DNA from: a virus | Strand: one strand, 5' to 3' | Length of the DNA stretch: 64,000 nucleotides | IMG/VR virus record: IMGVR_UViG_3300024265_000041 | Coordinates: 1 to 64,000 of that record | Shown here: positions 7,614 through 17,327 of the stretch, piece after piece | How the letters are laid out: every line of letters starts with the position of its first letter | How positions within the stretch are numbered: position 1 is the first letter of the stretch | The notes under the pieces: model-generated | What the model was told of the DNA's origin: nothing | Databases searched by the model: none | The model's input: only the letters and a program-made list of their open reading frames with translations | Program-made: the position numbers and the translations under genes

Positions 7614-9059
7614 ATGGCTAAGGTCCCAGTCAGAAAGGTCGTATCCAAAATAACACCGCCTAATAAGCGTGTCTCTGCGACCCCGGCCACAGGTACCGAT
7701 AAGGGCGTCCTAATTCCATTTGTTGACCGCCGTTCTTTCCTGGAAACCGTAGACCAACTTCGTGCTGCCGGTAATACCTGGGGGGCAATCAGAAAACTCT
7801 CTAAAATTGATGGAGTGTTTTCTGCAGCTGTTCATAACATTGTTCAGGTAGCTATGTCAGGTTATATGTCATGCGCCAGGACTTTAGATGGGAGATTCAG
7901 CCCAGAGGGGACAATCGGCCTTTACTCCCTACTAGCTCAAATAAACACAATCTATGACCACTCAAAAGGATACTCCAGACGCAGGCCAATTAATTCTATC
8001 TTGACAACAATGTTAAGGGAAGTAGTAATTACTGGTGGGGTCGGCGGAGAGTTGGTATTAGATAAAGCACGTTTCCCAGATTATATACACCCAATTAGCC
8101 CGTCAGGGATCGAATGGATTAGCCGAGGGGATGGAACAGTATTTCCCAGACAGCAACCGGCTTCAGGAGACCCTATTGATTTGGATATCCCTACAGTTTG
8201 GTTTGAGTCCTCACATCAAGATACCTTAGAGCTTTATTTTACTTCTATGATGGAAGGTGGGTTATCTGAGGCGTTCTATTTCGATGAGTATGTAAACGAC
8301 ATACGAAGATCGGTAAAGCAAAGCGGAGCAACTAGACTTACTATCGTAATTAGTGCTGAAAAAATTGCCGCCACTGCGCCCCCAGAAGCTCAGGCAGATG
8401 GGGACAAAATGCAGAAATATATGGAGGATACCAGAACAGGTATTGAGTCGGTAGTAGCCGGATTAAATCCAGAAGATGCTCTGGTTATGTATGACACAGC
8501 TAAAGCAGACCATCTTCAATCAGGTCTCGGAGTAAAAACAGATTACGTCCCTCTTCTTAAGACCATCAATGGCCTGTTATCTACCGCGCTCAAAACTCCG
8601 CCATCAATTTTAGGATTACGTGCAGAAGGCAGTCAATCATTAAGCAACACAGAAACATTAGTTTTCTTAAAAACAGCAAGATCTCCTCAGATTCCAGTGG
8701 AAGGAGTGATGGGGAGAGCCCTCACCCTGGCAATGAGACTTTTTGGGTTTGAAGGGTATGTTGAATTCAAATTCAACCCAATTGACATTAGGCCTTCAAA
8801 CGAACTTGAAGCGTTTTTTACGATGAGACAGAACAGAATTTTACAGAAATTAAGTCTAGGTCATATATCAGATGACGAAGCTGCCTGGATGCTAGGGTGT
8901 TTCCCTCGCGTTGAAGGAGCCCCTGAGTTGACTGGGACTATGTTTATGCAACAAAACCAAGTCGGTAACCCAACCCCGAACAGTGATGCAATGGGAAGAA
9001 ATACGCAGTCAGACCAGCCAACCTCTGGTGGTGGTAGCGACAATGAGGAGAGACCCTAA
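7614..9059 (+). CDS. Portal protein
   Basis: 481 aa between TerL and the prohead protease; helical, with portal-like PPSILG and ISDDEAA segments. Confidence 0.8.
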   Translation: MAKVPVRKVVSKITPPNKRVSATPATGTDKGVLIPFVDRRSFLETVDQLRAAGNTWGAIRKLSKIDGVFSAAVHNIVQVAMSGYMSCARTLDGRFSPEGTIGLYSLLAQINTIYDHSKGYSRRRPINSILTTMLREVVITGGVGGELVLDKARFPDYIHPISPSGIEWISRGDGTVFPRQQPASGDPIDLDIPTVWFESSHQDTLELYFTSMMEGGLSEAFYFDEYVNDIRRSVKQSGATRLTIVISAEKIAATAPPEAQADGDKMQKYMEDTRTGIESVVAGLNPEDALVMYDTAKADHLQSGLGVKTDYVPLLKTINGLLSTALKTPPSILGLRAEGSQSLSNTETLVFLKTARSPQIPVEGVMGRALTLAMRLFGFEGYVEFKFNPIDIRPSNELEAFFTMRQNRILQKLSLGHISDDEAAWMLGCFPRVEGAPELTGTMFMQQNQVGNPTPNSDAMGRNTQSDQPTSGGGSDNEERP

Positions 9060-10585
9060 TGGATAATCTTAACTGGATACCTAAGACTGCCTGGTTTGGT
9101 ACAGAGCGTTCTTTACAAGACTTAATTTCTGCTACGGAAATGGTAAAAGACTCAATCTCTGTCGAAGGATTGGGCAATACTTTCCGGTTAAATTTTGAAA
9201 ATGGGGCAAAAACTAAGCTTGGGCCTTACGATGACGAAGAAGACGAAAAAAGTTATTTATTAGAAATCCACGGGGAAGTTGCTGTAATTCAAGTTAATGG
9301 GACCATGACAAATAACGATTCCTGGATGAACAGATACTTCGGAATTGTTTCGTATCAGGAAATTAAAGCGGCGATAATTGACGCTGTAAATGAAGAAAGT
9401 GTTAAAAAGATTTTGATAGTTTTTAATTCAGGTGGGGGTCCGGTTGATGGGGTATTTGAGTTATCAGACTTTATTAAAGAGGTGAACACCTTTATAAAGC
9501 CTATCCACTCAATGGCAAGTGGGCTTATGGGTAGCGCAGCTTATTTACTAGGGTCTACAGCTAGAAAAGTACATTCAACAAAGATGTCTACAGTTGGTTC
9601 AATAGGTGTAATAACTGTCCATAAAGAGTATTCAAAACAGCTAAAAGAGGCTGGTATCAAAGTCAATATTATTCGAACTGGAAAATACAAAGCATTGGTA
9701 AATCCGTTTGAGCCTCTATCTAAAGAAGCTGAAAAAGAGCTTCAAGATTACTCAGATAAAATTTACAATATGTTCATTTCTCACGTTGCGATTCAACGTA
9801 ACGCGAGTTTGGAAGAGGTCGATAACAACATGGCTCAAGGCCGAGAATTCCTCGGGGAAGACGCTTTTAAAATAGGACTGGTTGACAATATCACCAATCT
9901 TGATAAGCTTGTTATTGAATTGGATGAGCAGAACGACGCTTCTCACAGAGCAGCAAATTCGGCTTTAGGTGATCCCACTATAGGTGATGAGGACATGAAA
10001 AAGAGAGTAGCTAAACTATCTGCTGAAAATCAAGCTAAGTTAGCGGCTGGAGTTCCAATGACGGAACTGGAGCTAACTGAAGAGGAGCTTCCTGGAAAGG
10101 GAGACGGCAAAACCGAACTGAAGGTTGAAAAATCTAAAGACGATAAACTCGAAATTAAACCTGGGGAAAAAGCATCTGGAGAAGAAGGTGCTTCAGGTGA
10201 AGAAGAAAGTAATTCTGAATCTTCCCCTGATTTGGTTTCTTATCTTAAGGAGCAAAACTCAGAACTGGGCTCTACAAACGCCGAATTAACAGTATCTAAT
10301 AAAGGTTTAGAGACTGAATTATCTACTGTGAAAACTGCTTCTGGTAAATTAGAAAGCATTGTTCGCATGGCAATGGATCGTTTGGCCATCAATTTGGGAA
10401 ATACCGGGGCAGATTATTCTTCGCTTACCGGGTTAGCTTTATGTGAAGCCCACGCGAGACTTAATTCTAAATTCGAAGAGACGTACCCCGTTGGGGGAGT
10501 GGCTTCTCTGAAAGTAGAAGACAAACAGCCTTCTGCTTCCAATCAACACACTTCAGCTGCGGTCGATGCAGCTAAGGTTAACTAA
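9059..10585 (+). CDS. Prohead protease, S49/SppA family, with C-terminal scaffold
   Basis: NSGGG, GSAAY, VGSIGV and GKYKALVNPF motifs; acidic, coiled-coil C-terminus. Confidence 0.9.
   Translation: MDNLNWIPKTAWFGTERSLQDLISATEMVKDSISVEGLGNTFRLNFENGAKTKLGPYDDEEDEKSYLLEIHGEVAVIQVNGTMTNNDSWMNRYFGIVSYQEIKAAIIDAVNEESVKKILIVFNSGGGPVDGVFELSDFIKEVNTFIKPIHSMASGLMGSAAYLLGSTARKVHSTKMSTVGSIGVITVHKEYSKQLKEAGIKVNIIRTGKYKALVNPFEPLSKEAEKELQDYSDKIYNMFISHVAIQRNASLEEVDNNMAQGREFLGEDAFKIGLVDNITNLDKLVIELDEQNDASHRAANSALGDPTIGDEDMKKRVAKLSAENQAKLAAGVPMTELELTEEELPGKGDGKTELKVEKSKDDKLEIKPGEKASGEEGASGEEESNSESSPDLVSYLKEQNSELGSTNAELTVSNKGLETELSTVKTASGKLESIVRMAMDRLAINLGNTGADYSSLTGLALCEAHARLNSKFEETYPVGGVASLKVEDKQPSASNQHTSAAVDAAKVN
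9995..10585 (+). CDS. Nested in-frame scaffolding protein (lambda Nu3-like arrangement), 196 aa
   Basis: In-frame ATG (MKKRVAKL) preceded by GGTGATGAGGAC, right after the protease domain. Confidence 0.55.
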   Translation: MKKRVAKLSAENQAKLAAGVPMTELELTEEELPGKGDGKTELKVEKSKDDKLEIKPGEKASGEEGASGEEESNSESSPDLVSYLKEQNSELGSTNAELTVSNKGLETELSTVKTASGKLESIVRMAMDRLAINLGNTGADYSSLTGLALCEAHARLNSKFEETYPVGGVASLKVEDKQPSASNQHTSAAVDAAKVN

Positions 10586-10597
10586 GGGGATATAACC

Positions 10598-11128
10598 ATG
10601 GACTTTAAACGTGACGTGTCTACTTCCTTACCCGTTGGCGCTGTTATTAGCTCCCCGTTAGGTGATACTACAGGGACTAAATTAGTGCAGAACGACGTGA
10701 CTAAGGCGGTAAAATTTCAGAATGGATCGTCTGGTCAAGCGGGAACTTTAGAAGCAGTTCTTTGTGGTGCCGGTGAGACCATTGATGGTTTTGTAACTTC
10801 AGTCGAACCTAATACTGTGAACGATGGTTTTAGTTTTGGCGGTGTTCAAATCCAGGGTCAGGCGTTGGCAGAAGTCGGCACAACAACTGTTGCAGTTAAC
10901 GATCTGGTTGAGATTGAGTCTCAAGCAGCGTTAGGTACTGCAGGGGTTCCAGCTGTCGTCAAACGTGCTGCAGTTGTGGTAAGAAATGACACAATACCAA
11001 ATTGTGCTACAGATACTATCGCACTTTTCGAATCAGAACGAAAAGTTACCAATTGGCGTTGTACTCAGATTCTTACCGGCGACGGTACGACTGCAGGCGA
11101 TTCCATCTTACTTGAACGGGTCATATAG
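10598..11128 (+). CDS. Head decoration/cement protein
   Basis: Beta-rich 176-aa protein between the protease and the capsid gene; strong RBS. Confidence 0.65.
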   Translation: MDFKRDVSTSLPVGAVISSPLGDTTGTKLVQNDVTKAVKFQNGSSGQAGTLEAVLCGAGETIDGFVTSVEPNTVNDGFSFGGVQIQGQALAEVGTTTVAVNDLVEIESQAALGTAGVPAVVKRAAVVVRNDTIPNCATDTIALFESERKVTNWRCTQILTGDGTTAGDSILLERVI

Positions 11129-11138
11129 GAGAACTCAC

Positions 11139-12368
11139 ATGAGCGACGCTCTACTTAAAACAAGGATCCGAGGCATAGATGGAGGGCATGATGTTTCCAT
11201 TGATCTTGATTCTTACAAAGCTGCGGCTGAGTTAAATTTAACTTTGCCACAATATTTAAACTTAAAGTTTGGTAAAAACGTTGACGCCAGTAAATTTGGT
11301 GACGTATTCACCCAACTGTTGGGGTCATGCGGGATGTTTACTAAACATAACCACGCACTTGGGCTGAAACCTCCAACAATGGCAGAAGTTCTAAGTGGGT
11401 CTGTTGATGTTAATCTGGGTGGTGCAATATCTCGTCCAGATGGACAAGATGCATTGTCAGTGTCTGGTCGTTTATTATTCCCAGCTTTAATTTTGGAAAT
11501 GGTGGAAAGTGAGTTGCGTACTGACCATAATGTTTATGCAAGCGTGTTTAACCGCATGGTTGCTTCGACAGTTTCTACCAATACTCCTCGTTACGATCAG
11601 CCAATTATCAACGTTTCTGGCCCTCAGAGTTCTAAGTCTATGCCAATAGCGCAGGGCGCAGAACCTAAGCGAATGATCACTATTTCATTAGCTGACAAAA
11701 CGCTTAGAATGCCTGTTAACTCAATTGGTCTTTCTATCACTGATGAAGCACAACGAGCATCTACCCTGGATCTAGTTGGCATTGTTGTTCGAGAGCAGGC
11801 TCTACAAGAGCGAGCTGATCAGATTGATATTGATATCGGTAATATTGCTACTGGCAACGTCGATGCTGGACCTGATGGTGATGGTGCATTATCTGCCATT
11901 GACTTTAAAGCTGTTTATGACTCTGCTGCGGCTTCTCAAGCTTTCACTCAGAAAGGTTGGGTGAAATTATTGAGAGCTGATTGGAAAAAGATGAATATTG
12001 ACTGGGTAATTGGGGATATAAACGCCTATCTAGCACTTGAGGGGAGAGCTAATAGACCTATCATTACTAACTCCAATACTCATGACGCCGGTCTTAACTC
12101 TTTGCCTACTGCGGCTAACCCTGGGATCCCAGATAATGTCAACTTCTTCATCATTGATGATGAGACAATACTTGGGGGTGCAGATCGTATCTTATGTCTT
12201 GACTCTAGCAAAGCAATTCGAAAGGTTATTTATGTTGGAGCGGCTTATGAGGCTATCCAAGATTTCGTAATGCGTCGAACTACTGAGATGCGATTTGATT
12301 GGTCAGAACGTCATGAGCGTTTAGGGTTTGATTCTGCTTTTAAATTAGTAGATTTTACTAACGCTTAA
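11139..12368 (+). CDS. Major capsid protein (409 aa)
   Basis: Position, size, AGGAGA RBS before ATG 11139 and a downstream terminator. The ORF-track start at 10986 overlaps the previous gene. Confidence 0.85.
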   Translation: MSDALLKTRIRGIDGGHDVSIDLDSYKAAAELNLTLPQYLNLKFGKNVDASKFGDVFTQLLGSCGMFTKHNHALGLKPPTMAEVLSGSVDVNLGGAISRPDGQDALSVSGRLLFPALILEMVESELRTDHNVYASVFNRMVASTVSTNTPRYDQPIINVSGPQSSKSMPIAQGAEPKRMITISLADKTLRMPVNSIGLSITDEAQRASTLDLVGIVVREQALQERADQIDIDIGNIATGNVDAGPDGDGALSAIDFKAVYDSAAASQAFTQKGWVKLLRADWKKMNIDWVIGDINAYLALEGRANRPIITNSNTHDAGLNSLPTAANPGIPDNVNFFIIDDETILGGADRILCLDSSKAIRKVIYVGAAYEAIQDFVMRRTTEMRFDWSERHERLGFDSAFKLVDFTNA

Positions 12369-12399
12369 GATGAGTAAGTAAGAGAAGGAAGTAACGGAT

Positions 12400-12426
12400 A
12401 AGGGCGGCTGATGCCGCCCTTTTTAA
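12400..12426 (+). terminator. Rho-independent terminator after the capsid gene
   Basis: AGGGCGGC-TGAT-GCCGCCCT followed by a T run. Confidence 0.85.
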
Positions 12427-12448
12427 ATCAAATTTTTAGGAGCCAATC

Positions 12449-12964
12449 ATGTTAAAAAAGAAAACTGGAAAAGCAGCTACCACAGATAAAGAATTAGGGG
12501 ATGCTGAGAAAAAAGCGGCTGAGAAAAAAACAGCTGTGGCAGAAAAAGCGGCTGAGAAAAAATTGGCTGAGGAAAAAGCTGCTGAGAAAAAATTGGCTGA
12601 GGAAAAAGCTAAAGAAGCAGAGTTAGAGGAGTCAGAAAAAATACAAGCTGAAGCAGACGCTCAGGCAGAAGCTGAAGAGTTGGCTGCTGAGGGGAAAGCG
12701 GCTGAGAAAAAATTGGCTGAGGAAAAAGCTGCTGAGAAAAAAAGTAGGGCAAGGTCCACAGCGGCCAAAAGAGTCAAGATGAATCCAGGCCCTAAAACAA
12801 AACAAAAAGCTATGAATGTCATAAATCTTGGCAATTTCACTTTATGTTGTAGCGAAACTAAATCCTTGTATAGGCCAAACGTTCTTATCCCTCTTACTAA
12901 AGGGCAGTGTAACGTTTGGGTTCGTTTTCAGATAGACGCCGGGTACTTAGTGGAGAGAAAATAA
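12449..12964 (+). CDS. Lys/Ala/Glu-rich protein with AEKKLAEEKA repeats
   Basis: Three near-identical 30-bp repeats and a small C-terminal globular domain; AGGAG RBS. Confidence 0.75.
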   Translation: MLKKKTGKAATTDKELGDAEKKAAEKKTAVAEKAAEKKLAEEKAAEKKLAEEKAKEAELEESEKIQAEADAQAEAEELAAEGKAAEKKLAEEKAAEKKSRARSTAAKRVKMNPGPKTKQKAMNVINLGNFTLCCSETKSLYRPNVLIPLTKGQCNVWVRFQIDAGYLVERK

Positions 12965-12967
12965 GTT

Positions 12968-13444
12968 ATGTTACTCATTGGGAGATATACAAACACTGAC
13001 AGAGTTCGAGGTGCCCTCGGATTTACAATAAGTGATGTCCCGGACCTTTATATTAAGGATCGAGAAGTGGAGGAAGAATTATTAATTTCTCTATACGAAT
13101 GGCTCCCAAACCATGAATCTTTATTTACTTCCTGGACCGGTGCTGGGGCAACTGAGGACGAGAAACAATATGCCAGACTGTTGCGAAAGTACAGCACTTA
13201 CATGTGCGCTTTTCATCTATGCAGTGGCTTAGAACTTTTAGCTTTAAAAGAGATAGGAGATTCTAAAGCCACAGCAGGTCGTTTTTCTAATCTAAAGTCT
13301 GATACATTTAGGAAGAGAATCGAAGGTATAGCATTAGCAGCAAGGGCTGATATAGTTGAGGCCCTAGATCTTGCCACATCAGCAACAACAGCTACCATAC
13401 TGGCCTCTGTCCCCCCCGCTATAGACCCTGTAGTTGGTAGCTAA
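12968..13444 (+). CDS. Putative head-tail adaptor
   Basis: Helical 158-aa protein with a YTNTDRVR-type N-terminus; synteny. Confidence 0.55.
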   Translation: MLLIGRYTNTDRVRGALGFTISDVPDLYIKDREVEEELLISLYEWLPNHESLFTSWTGAGATEDEKQYARLLRKYSTYMCAFHLCSGLELLALKEIGDSKATAGRFSNLKSDTFRKRIEGIALAARADIVEALDLATSATTATILASVPPAIDPVVGS

Positions 13445-14334
13445 TGGAACTTAAACTAGCAGCCTCATATTTTGACAAAACCTCAATCGACGTGTACGAC
13501 GATACAGCTGTGGAATGGTCAAACTCACTGATTAAGGGCCAGTTTAAATTAGCTGATGATTTTATTTCTATTTTCAATCGCCCTACTCGACGTAGAATGT
13601 TATTTTTATCCCCAGATGAGTATTCAAAGATTAGTAATTTCTCTTTAATTAGAGAGCCTGAATCAGGTTTTTTATACCTGTTTGGGGAGCCTCAGCACGA
13701 CCTGATGGAATCTTCTTATAGGACTACACTTCCCCTGCATAAAGTAAGATCTCAAACTACAGTTAACCGCAGGGGGACTGTTGGCCCAACAAACGACCCA
13801 GGCGGGTTGGTCGATAGTTTTTTAACTCCTGTTTATGCTGATATTGAGTTGAGGACCTTAACTCAGGAGGGGAGTACAGATAAATCTATTTATACTAAAG
13901 AATTTATGTGGATGCAGAAAGACGCAGACGTTATTAAAGGTGACATTTTATTGTTTGAAGGGATTACGTATAGGGTACTTCAAACATATCTAGATACAGG
14001 GTTTAAAGGAGCTCGCATTACGGATGAGCCAGACTCCAGGGAGAATGTCACTTACCGCAAAAGAATTTCTGATGATACTTATAACAATACGACTGGGGGG
14101 TACACGAAGAATCTCCAGGATTTTGTAATTGCTGTTGAGATACAAGGGAGCAAAGCGGAAGACGATCAGGGGGAAATTGCTTTAGATAAAACTTACACAG
14201 TATTAATTGAGTTTGCAGCTATAGGGTCACCTCCAGAATCTGGAGACTTTATAGTTATCGATACAGAGGACAGAGAAATCATAAAAGTAGAAAGAGAAAA
14301 AAACCTTGCATCATGGAAGGTTGTATTACGATGA
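13444..14334 (+). CDS. Putative head closure/neck protein
   Basis: Repeated beta-barrel-like segments (KGDILLFEGITYRV; SGDFIVIDTEDREI); synteny. Confidence 0.5.
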   Translation: MELKLAASYFDKTSIDVYDDTAVEWSNSLIKGQFKLADDFISIFNRPTRRRMLFLSPDEYSKISNFSLIREPESGFLYLFGEPQHDLMESSYRTTLPLHKVRSQTTVNRRGTVGPTNDPGGLVDSFLTPVYADIELRTLTQEGSTDKSIYTKEFMWMQKDADVIKGDILLFEGITYRVLQTYLDTGFKGARITDEPDSRENVTYRKRISDDTYNNTTGGYTKNLQDFVIAVEIQGSKAEDDQGEIALDKTYTVLIEFAAIGSPPESGDFIVIDTEDREIIKVEREKNLASWKVVLR

Positions 14335-14822
14335 TAACTGGTATCCAAGAAGAACTAGATAAGATAGAAACCGCAGCTAGATTTGCCTCTGAAGAATACT
14401 ATAAAGCTGGGGTCCGTGTCACATTAATGGCAGCTGTATTTGCCACTAGGCATAGCTCTAGTAATGCTGCATTCAATTGGCATGTAGTTCCTGAAGGAGC
14501 TAGCGCTCAGTATACAGATTTCCATGGGTCTTCCCCGGTAGGGCAATCATTTGAGGGTAGGAGTGTGAGTGGCAACACTGCTGCTATCCAGGTTGTTGCA
14601 GCAGCTTCTTTGGATAGAGAAAACGCAAATATTATTGAAAATATTAAGTTAGTTTCAGTTACTTTTTCTAATCCTGTTGACGATTTAGGTAATGACCTTT
14701 ACACAGCCCAAGCGGGGTTAAGAGAGGTTGAGGATATACTCGTAAGGAGTATCTCAGCTCTCCATGAAGAGGCTTTAAGTGAAGTATTAAAGACTAAGGC
14801 AGGGGACTACATTGGATCTTGA
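14331..14822 (+). CDS. Putative tail completion/neck protein
   Basis: Synteny (HK97 gp10-like position); ATG 14331 overlaps the upstream stop. Confidence 0.45.
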   Translation: MITGIQEELDKIETAARFASEEYYKAGVRVTLMAAVFATRHSSSNAAFNWHVVPEGASAQYTDFHGSSPVGQSFEGRSVSGNTAAIQVVAAASLDRENANIIENIKLVSVTFSNPVDDLGNDLYTAQAGLREVEDILVRSISALHEEALSEVLKTKAGDYIGS

Positions 14823-15219
14823 TGTTATAGAACAGACCTTAAATCAGGTTGTCATTGATGGTGCCTGGACCTATGAGAGTATTTTTGGCAATGCCAAAGC
14901 GCGTGAAATGATTAAGGTTGGTGACCCGTTTTTTGAAGTTAATGTAGACATCATAAAAGGGAAACAAAAGTCTCTAGGGCCAGTAGGATCCAGGCTGTGG
15001 CGTAGACGAGGTGTTATGACATTCACTACTTATGTGCCAGTAGGTAGCGGTACCAGAGAGAGTGCAAAGATAGAGCAGGAAATACTAGACACCTTTGAAG
15101 GACAGACATTTACTGGTATAGTGTTTGATGAAACGTCTCATAAACCTATTGGAACTATCGACAAATGGACTCTTAAGTCCTTACGGTTGGGTTTTTATTT
15201 TAATATTACTGGGAGATAA
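14812..15219 (+). CDS. Putative tail terminator protein
   Basis: 135 aa directly before the tail tube gene; RRGVMTFTTYVPVGSG motif. Confidence 0.6.
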   Translation: MDLDVIEQTLNQVVIDGAWTYESIFGNAKAREMIKVGDPFFEVNVDIIKGKQKSLGPVGSRLWRRRGVMTFTTYVPVGSGTRESAKIEQEILDTFEGQTFTGIVFDETSHKPIGTIDKWTLKSLRLGFYFNITGR

Positions 15220-15222
15220 GTT

Positions 15223-16413
15223 ATGAGTTTTGGAACTGCGGACCTTAGTAGCCTATGGGCTATCAAAGAGGTAACCTGGGGAGTAACTCCAGGATCAGGA
15301 AACTTAAAGGGCCTTAGGCTATTAAGTGAATCTTTAAACGCTAATTTGGAAACAAAATCATCAGAAGAAATTCGAGCAGATCGCGCTACTGCTGATTTAG
15401 TTCCAGTTGGTCAAAGCGCTGGTGGTGGGTTTGGGTTTGAAATGAGTTTTGGCTCATTCGACGACCTGATAGCTGGGGCGTTATTTAGCTCCTTCTCTGC
15501 TGATGTTGCAATCGTCGGAGTAGCTGGTGATATCTCTACAGTTAACGCTACTGGTAAAATTACTTCTACTACTGCAGGTAAGTTTACTGACTTAGAACTT
15601 GGCCAAAGCTTTAGATTGAAAGGCTTTTCCAACGGTGGTGGTGAGAACAACCTTATTTATAAGATTGTTACCTATACCAGTGATCAGGATATTACTGTTG
15701 TCCCTGTTCCACCTTCGGATGAAACGCCAGCTGGTGTTGCTGCTGAGATACATTCTGAGTCTGTGAAGAACGGTGTCACTCAATCCTCTTTCAGTATTGA
15801 GAGACGGATCCCAGACGCCACTGTGCCTGAGTTCTTTCAATTCGAAGGGTCTGTTCTTCAATCAATGACAATGGATTTTGAAGTTGGGGATATTCTTAAA
15901 GGAGCTTTTGAGTTCCTTTGCAAAGACGGAGACTCAACAACAACTGCTTATACTGGGTTAACTGACGTCCCGGTGCCTACTAGTGACATCTACAATTCAG
16001 TGAACAATCTTAGTAATATTTATATTGATGGCGTGTTGTCAACTCAACAATTTATGAAATTAGGCATGAGTATCGGTAACAACCTTCGAAGCCAGAAAGC
16101 TATTGGAAGTTTACCTGCTATCGGTATTGGGGCTGGATTTATTGACATCACCGGGCCTATCGAAATCTATTTCCAGGACGGGGCTGAATTTACTAAATTC
16201 AAAGCCAACACAGCTTTCTCATTAAGCTTCTCACTTGAGGATGCATCTGGGAACGCTTATGTTTTTTCATTTCCTAAAGTTAAATATGAAAATCTTGTAG
16301 CAAATGCTGAAGGTAGAAGTAGTGATATTATCGCTAAAGGGAATTGGAGAGCTATCATCGACCCTGCTGAGTCAATTATGATTCGCATCGACAAGTTGGA
16401 TTCTTCTTTATAA
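15223..16413 (+). CDS. Major tail tube protein with an inserted beta domain
   Basis: EVTWGVTP, SEEIRADR, FSIER and GNAYVFSFP motifs typical of siphovirus tube proteins. Confidence 0.85.
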   Translation: MSFGTADLSSLWAIKEVTWGVTPGSGNLKGLRLLSESLNANLETKSSEEIRADRATADLVPVGQSAGGGFGFEMSFGSFDDLIAGALFSSFSADVAIVGVAGDISTVNATGKITSTTAGKFTDLELGQSFRLKGFSNGGGENNLIYKIVTYTSDQDITVVPVPPSDETPAGVAAEIHSESVKNGVTQSSFSIERRIPDATVPEFFQFEGSVLQSMTMDFEVGDILKGAFEFLCKDGDSTTTAYTGLTDVPVPTSDIYNSVNNLSNIYIDGVLSTQQFMKLGMSIGNNLRSQKAIGSLPAIGIGAGFIDITGPIEIYFQDGAEFTKFKANTAFSLSFSLEDASGNAYVFSFPKVKYENLVANAEGRSSDIIAKGNWRAIIDPAESIMIRIDKLDSSL

Positions 16414-16549
16414 GATCCAAACTTACTGAATAGTCGACAGTGAGGTAACTCGTTAAAGGGCTTTTGCCTTTTAGCCCGAGTTGTGGCTCCCTCTCGGGCT
16501 GTCGACACCAAATAAATAGGGGCCACATTATAAATTTTGGAGCCATGTA

Positions 16550-16978
16550 ATGACTAAAGAAACAACTAAAGGATTTAATTTCAATAAAGCATTTCAATCC
16601 GACCCCGATAAAGAAGTTATGGGTGGGTGGACCACTCTCAAAGTAGGCGGAGATGAAATGCAAATCAAACTCGCCAGAACCGGCAATGCTAACTCTCAAA
16701 ACCTTTTGCGAACTCTGTTAAAAGAGAACGAGAGGGCGTTAGAACCTAACGACGACGAAGCAAACAAACTGTTTCTGGAGTTGACTAAGGAAGTTATGGC
16801 TAAATATATTGTCATTGACTGGAAAGACGTCCTGGTCGATGGTAAAAAATTCCCCCACTCAGAATCTAATTGTTTAATTCTTTTAGAATATGTTGACTTT
16901 TACAGGGCGGTGGAGCGGGCGGCTGGAGATTTTAATGTTTTTCGAGCTAAGGTAAACGATAAAATATTAAAAAACTAG
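16550..16978 (+). CDS. Tail assembly chaperone (gpG-like)
   Basis: Between the tube and tape measure genes; IVIDWKDV motif; ends in a slippery heptamer. Confidence 0.8.
   Translation: MTKETTKGFNFNKAFQSDPDKEVMGGWTTLKVGGDEMQIKLARTGNANSQNLLRTLLKENERALEPNDDEANKLFLELTKEVMAKYIVIDWKDVLVDGKKFPHSESNCLILLEYVDFYRAVERAAGDFNVFRAKVNDKILKN
16969..16975 (+). other. Programmed -1 ribosomal frameshift site A AAA AAC
   Basis: X XXY YYZ heptamer just before TAG 16976-16978; the -1 frame is open to 17295. Confidence 0.8.
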
Positions 16979-17295
16979 AAAAAGTTCTTGAGTGGCAACT
17001 TGAAATAGCACCACATTTCAAGAAACTTAAGAAGTTACAGGAGGGTGGGGTCGAGGTTAAAATGCTCGATGACCGCCCATCTACAATCCCTGAAGCTGTT
17101 TACTACTACACTGCGTTTAAACACTTAAGCTCTAGCCGAGGTAGGGGAGACGGGTACTATCAACCGATAACCATAACTGATATTATGAGTTACTGTAATG
17201 GGATGAAGGAAACAGATATAGAAGAATTCCTTAACATCATTAAGCCACTTGATGAAGTTTTTATGGAATTCTACGATAAGAAAAGAGAAAAGTAG
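16975..17295 (+). CDS. C-terminal extension of the frameshifted tail chaperone (gpGT-like)
   Basis: The -1 frame reads LEKVLEWQLEIAPHFKKLKKLQEGGVEVK directly into ORF 17062..17295 (LSSSR...PITITDI...LD). Confidence 0.75.
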   Translation, partial: LEKVLEWQLEIAPHFKKLKKLQEGGVEVKMLDDRPSTIPEAVYYYTAFKHLSSSRGRGDGYYQPITITDIMSYCNGMKETDIEEFLNIIKPLDEVFMEFYDKKREK

Positions 17296-17327
17296 ATCTA
17301 TAACTGAAGTTTCTTAGGAGAAAAGTA

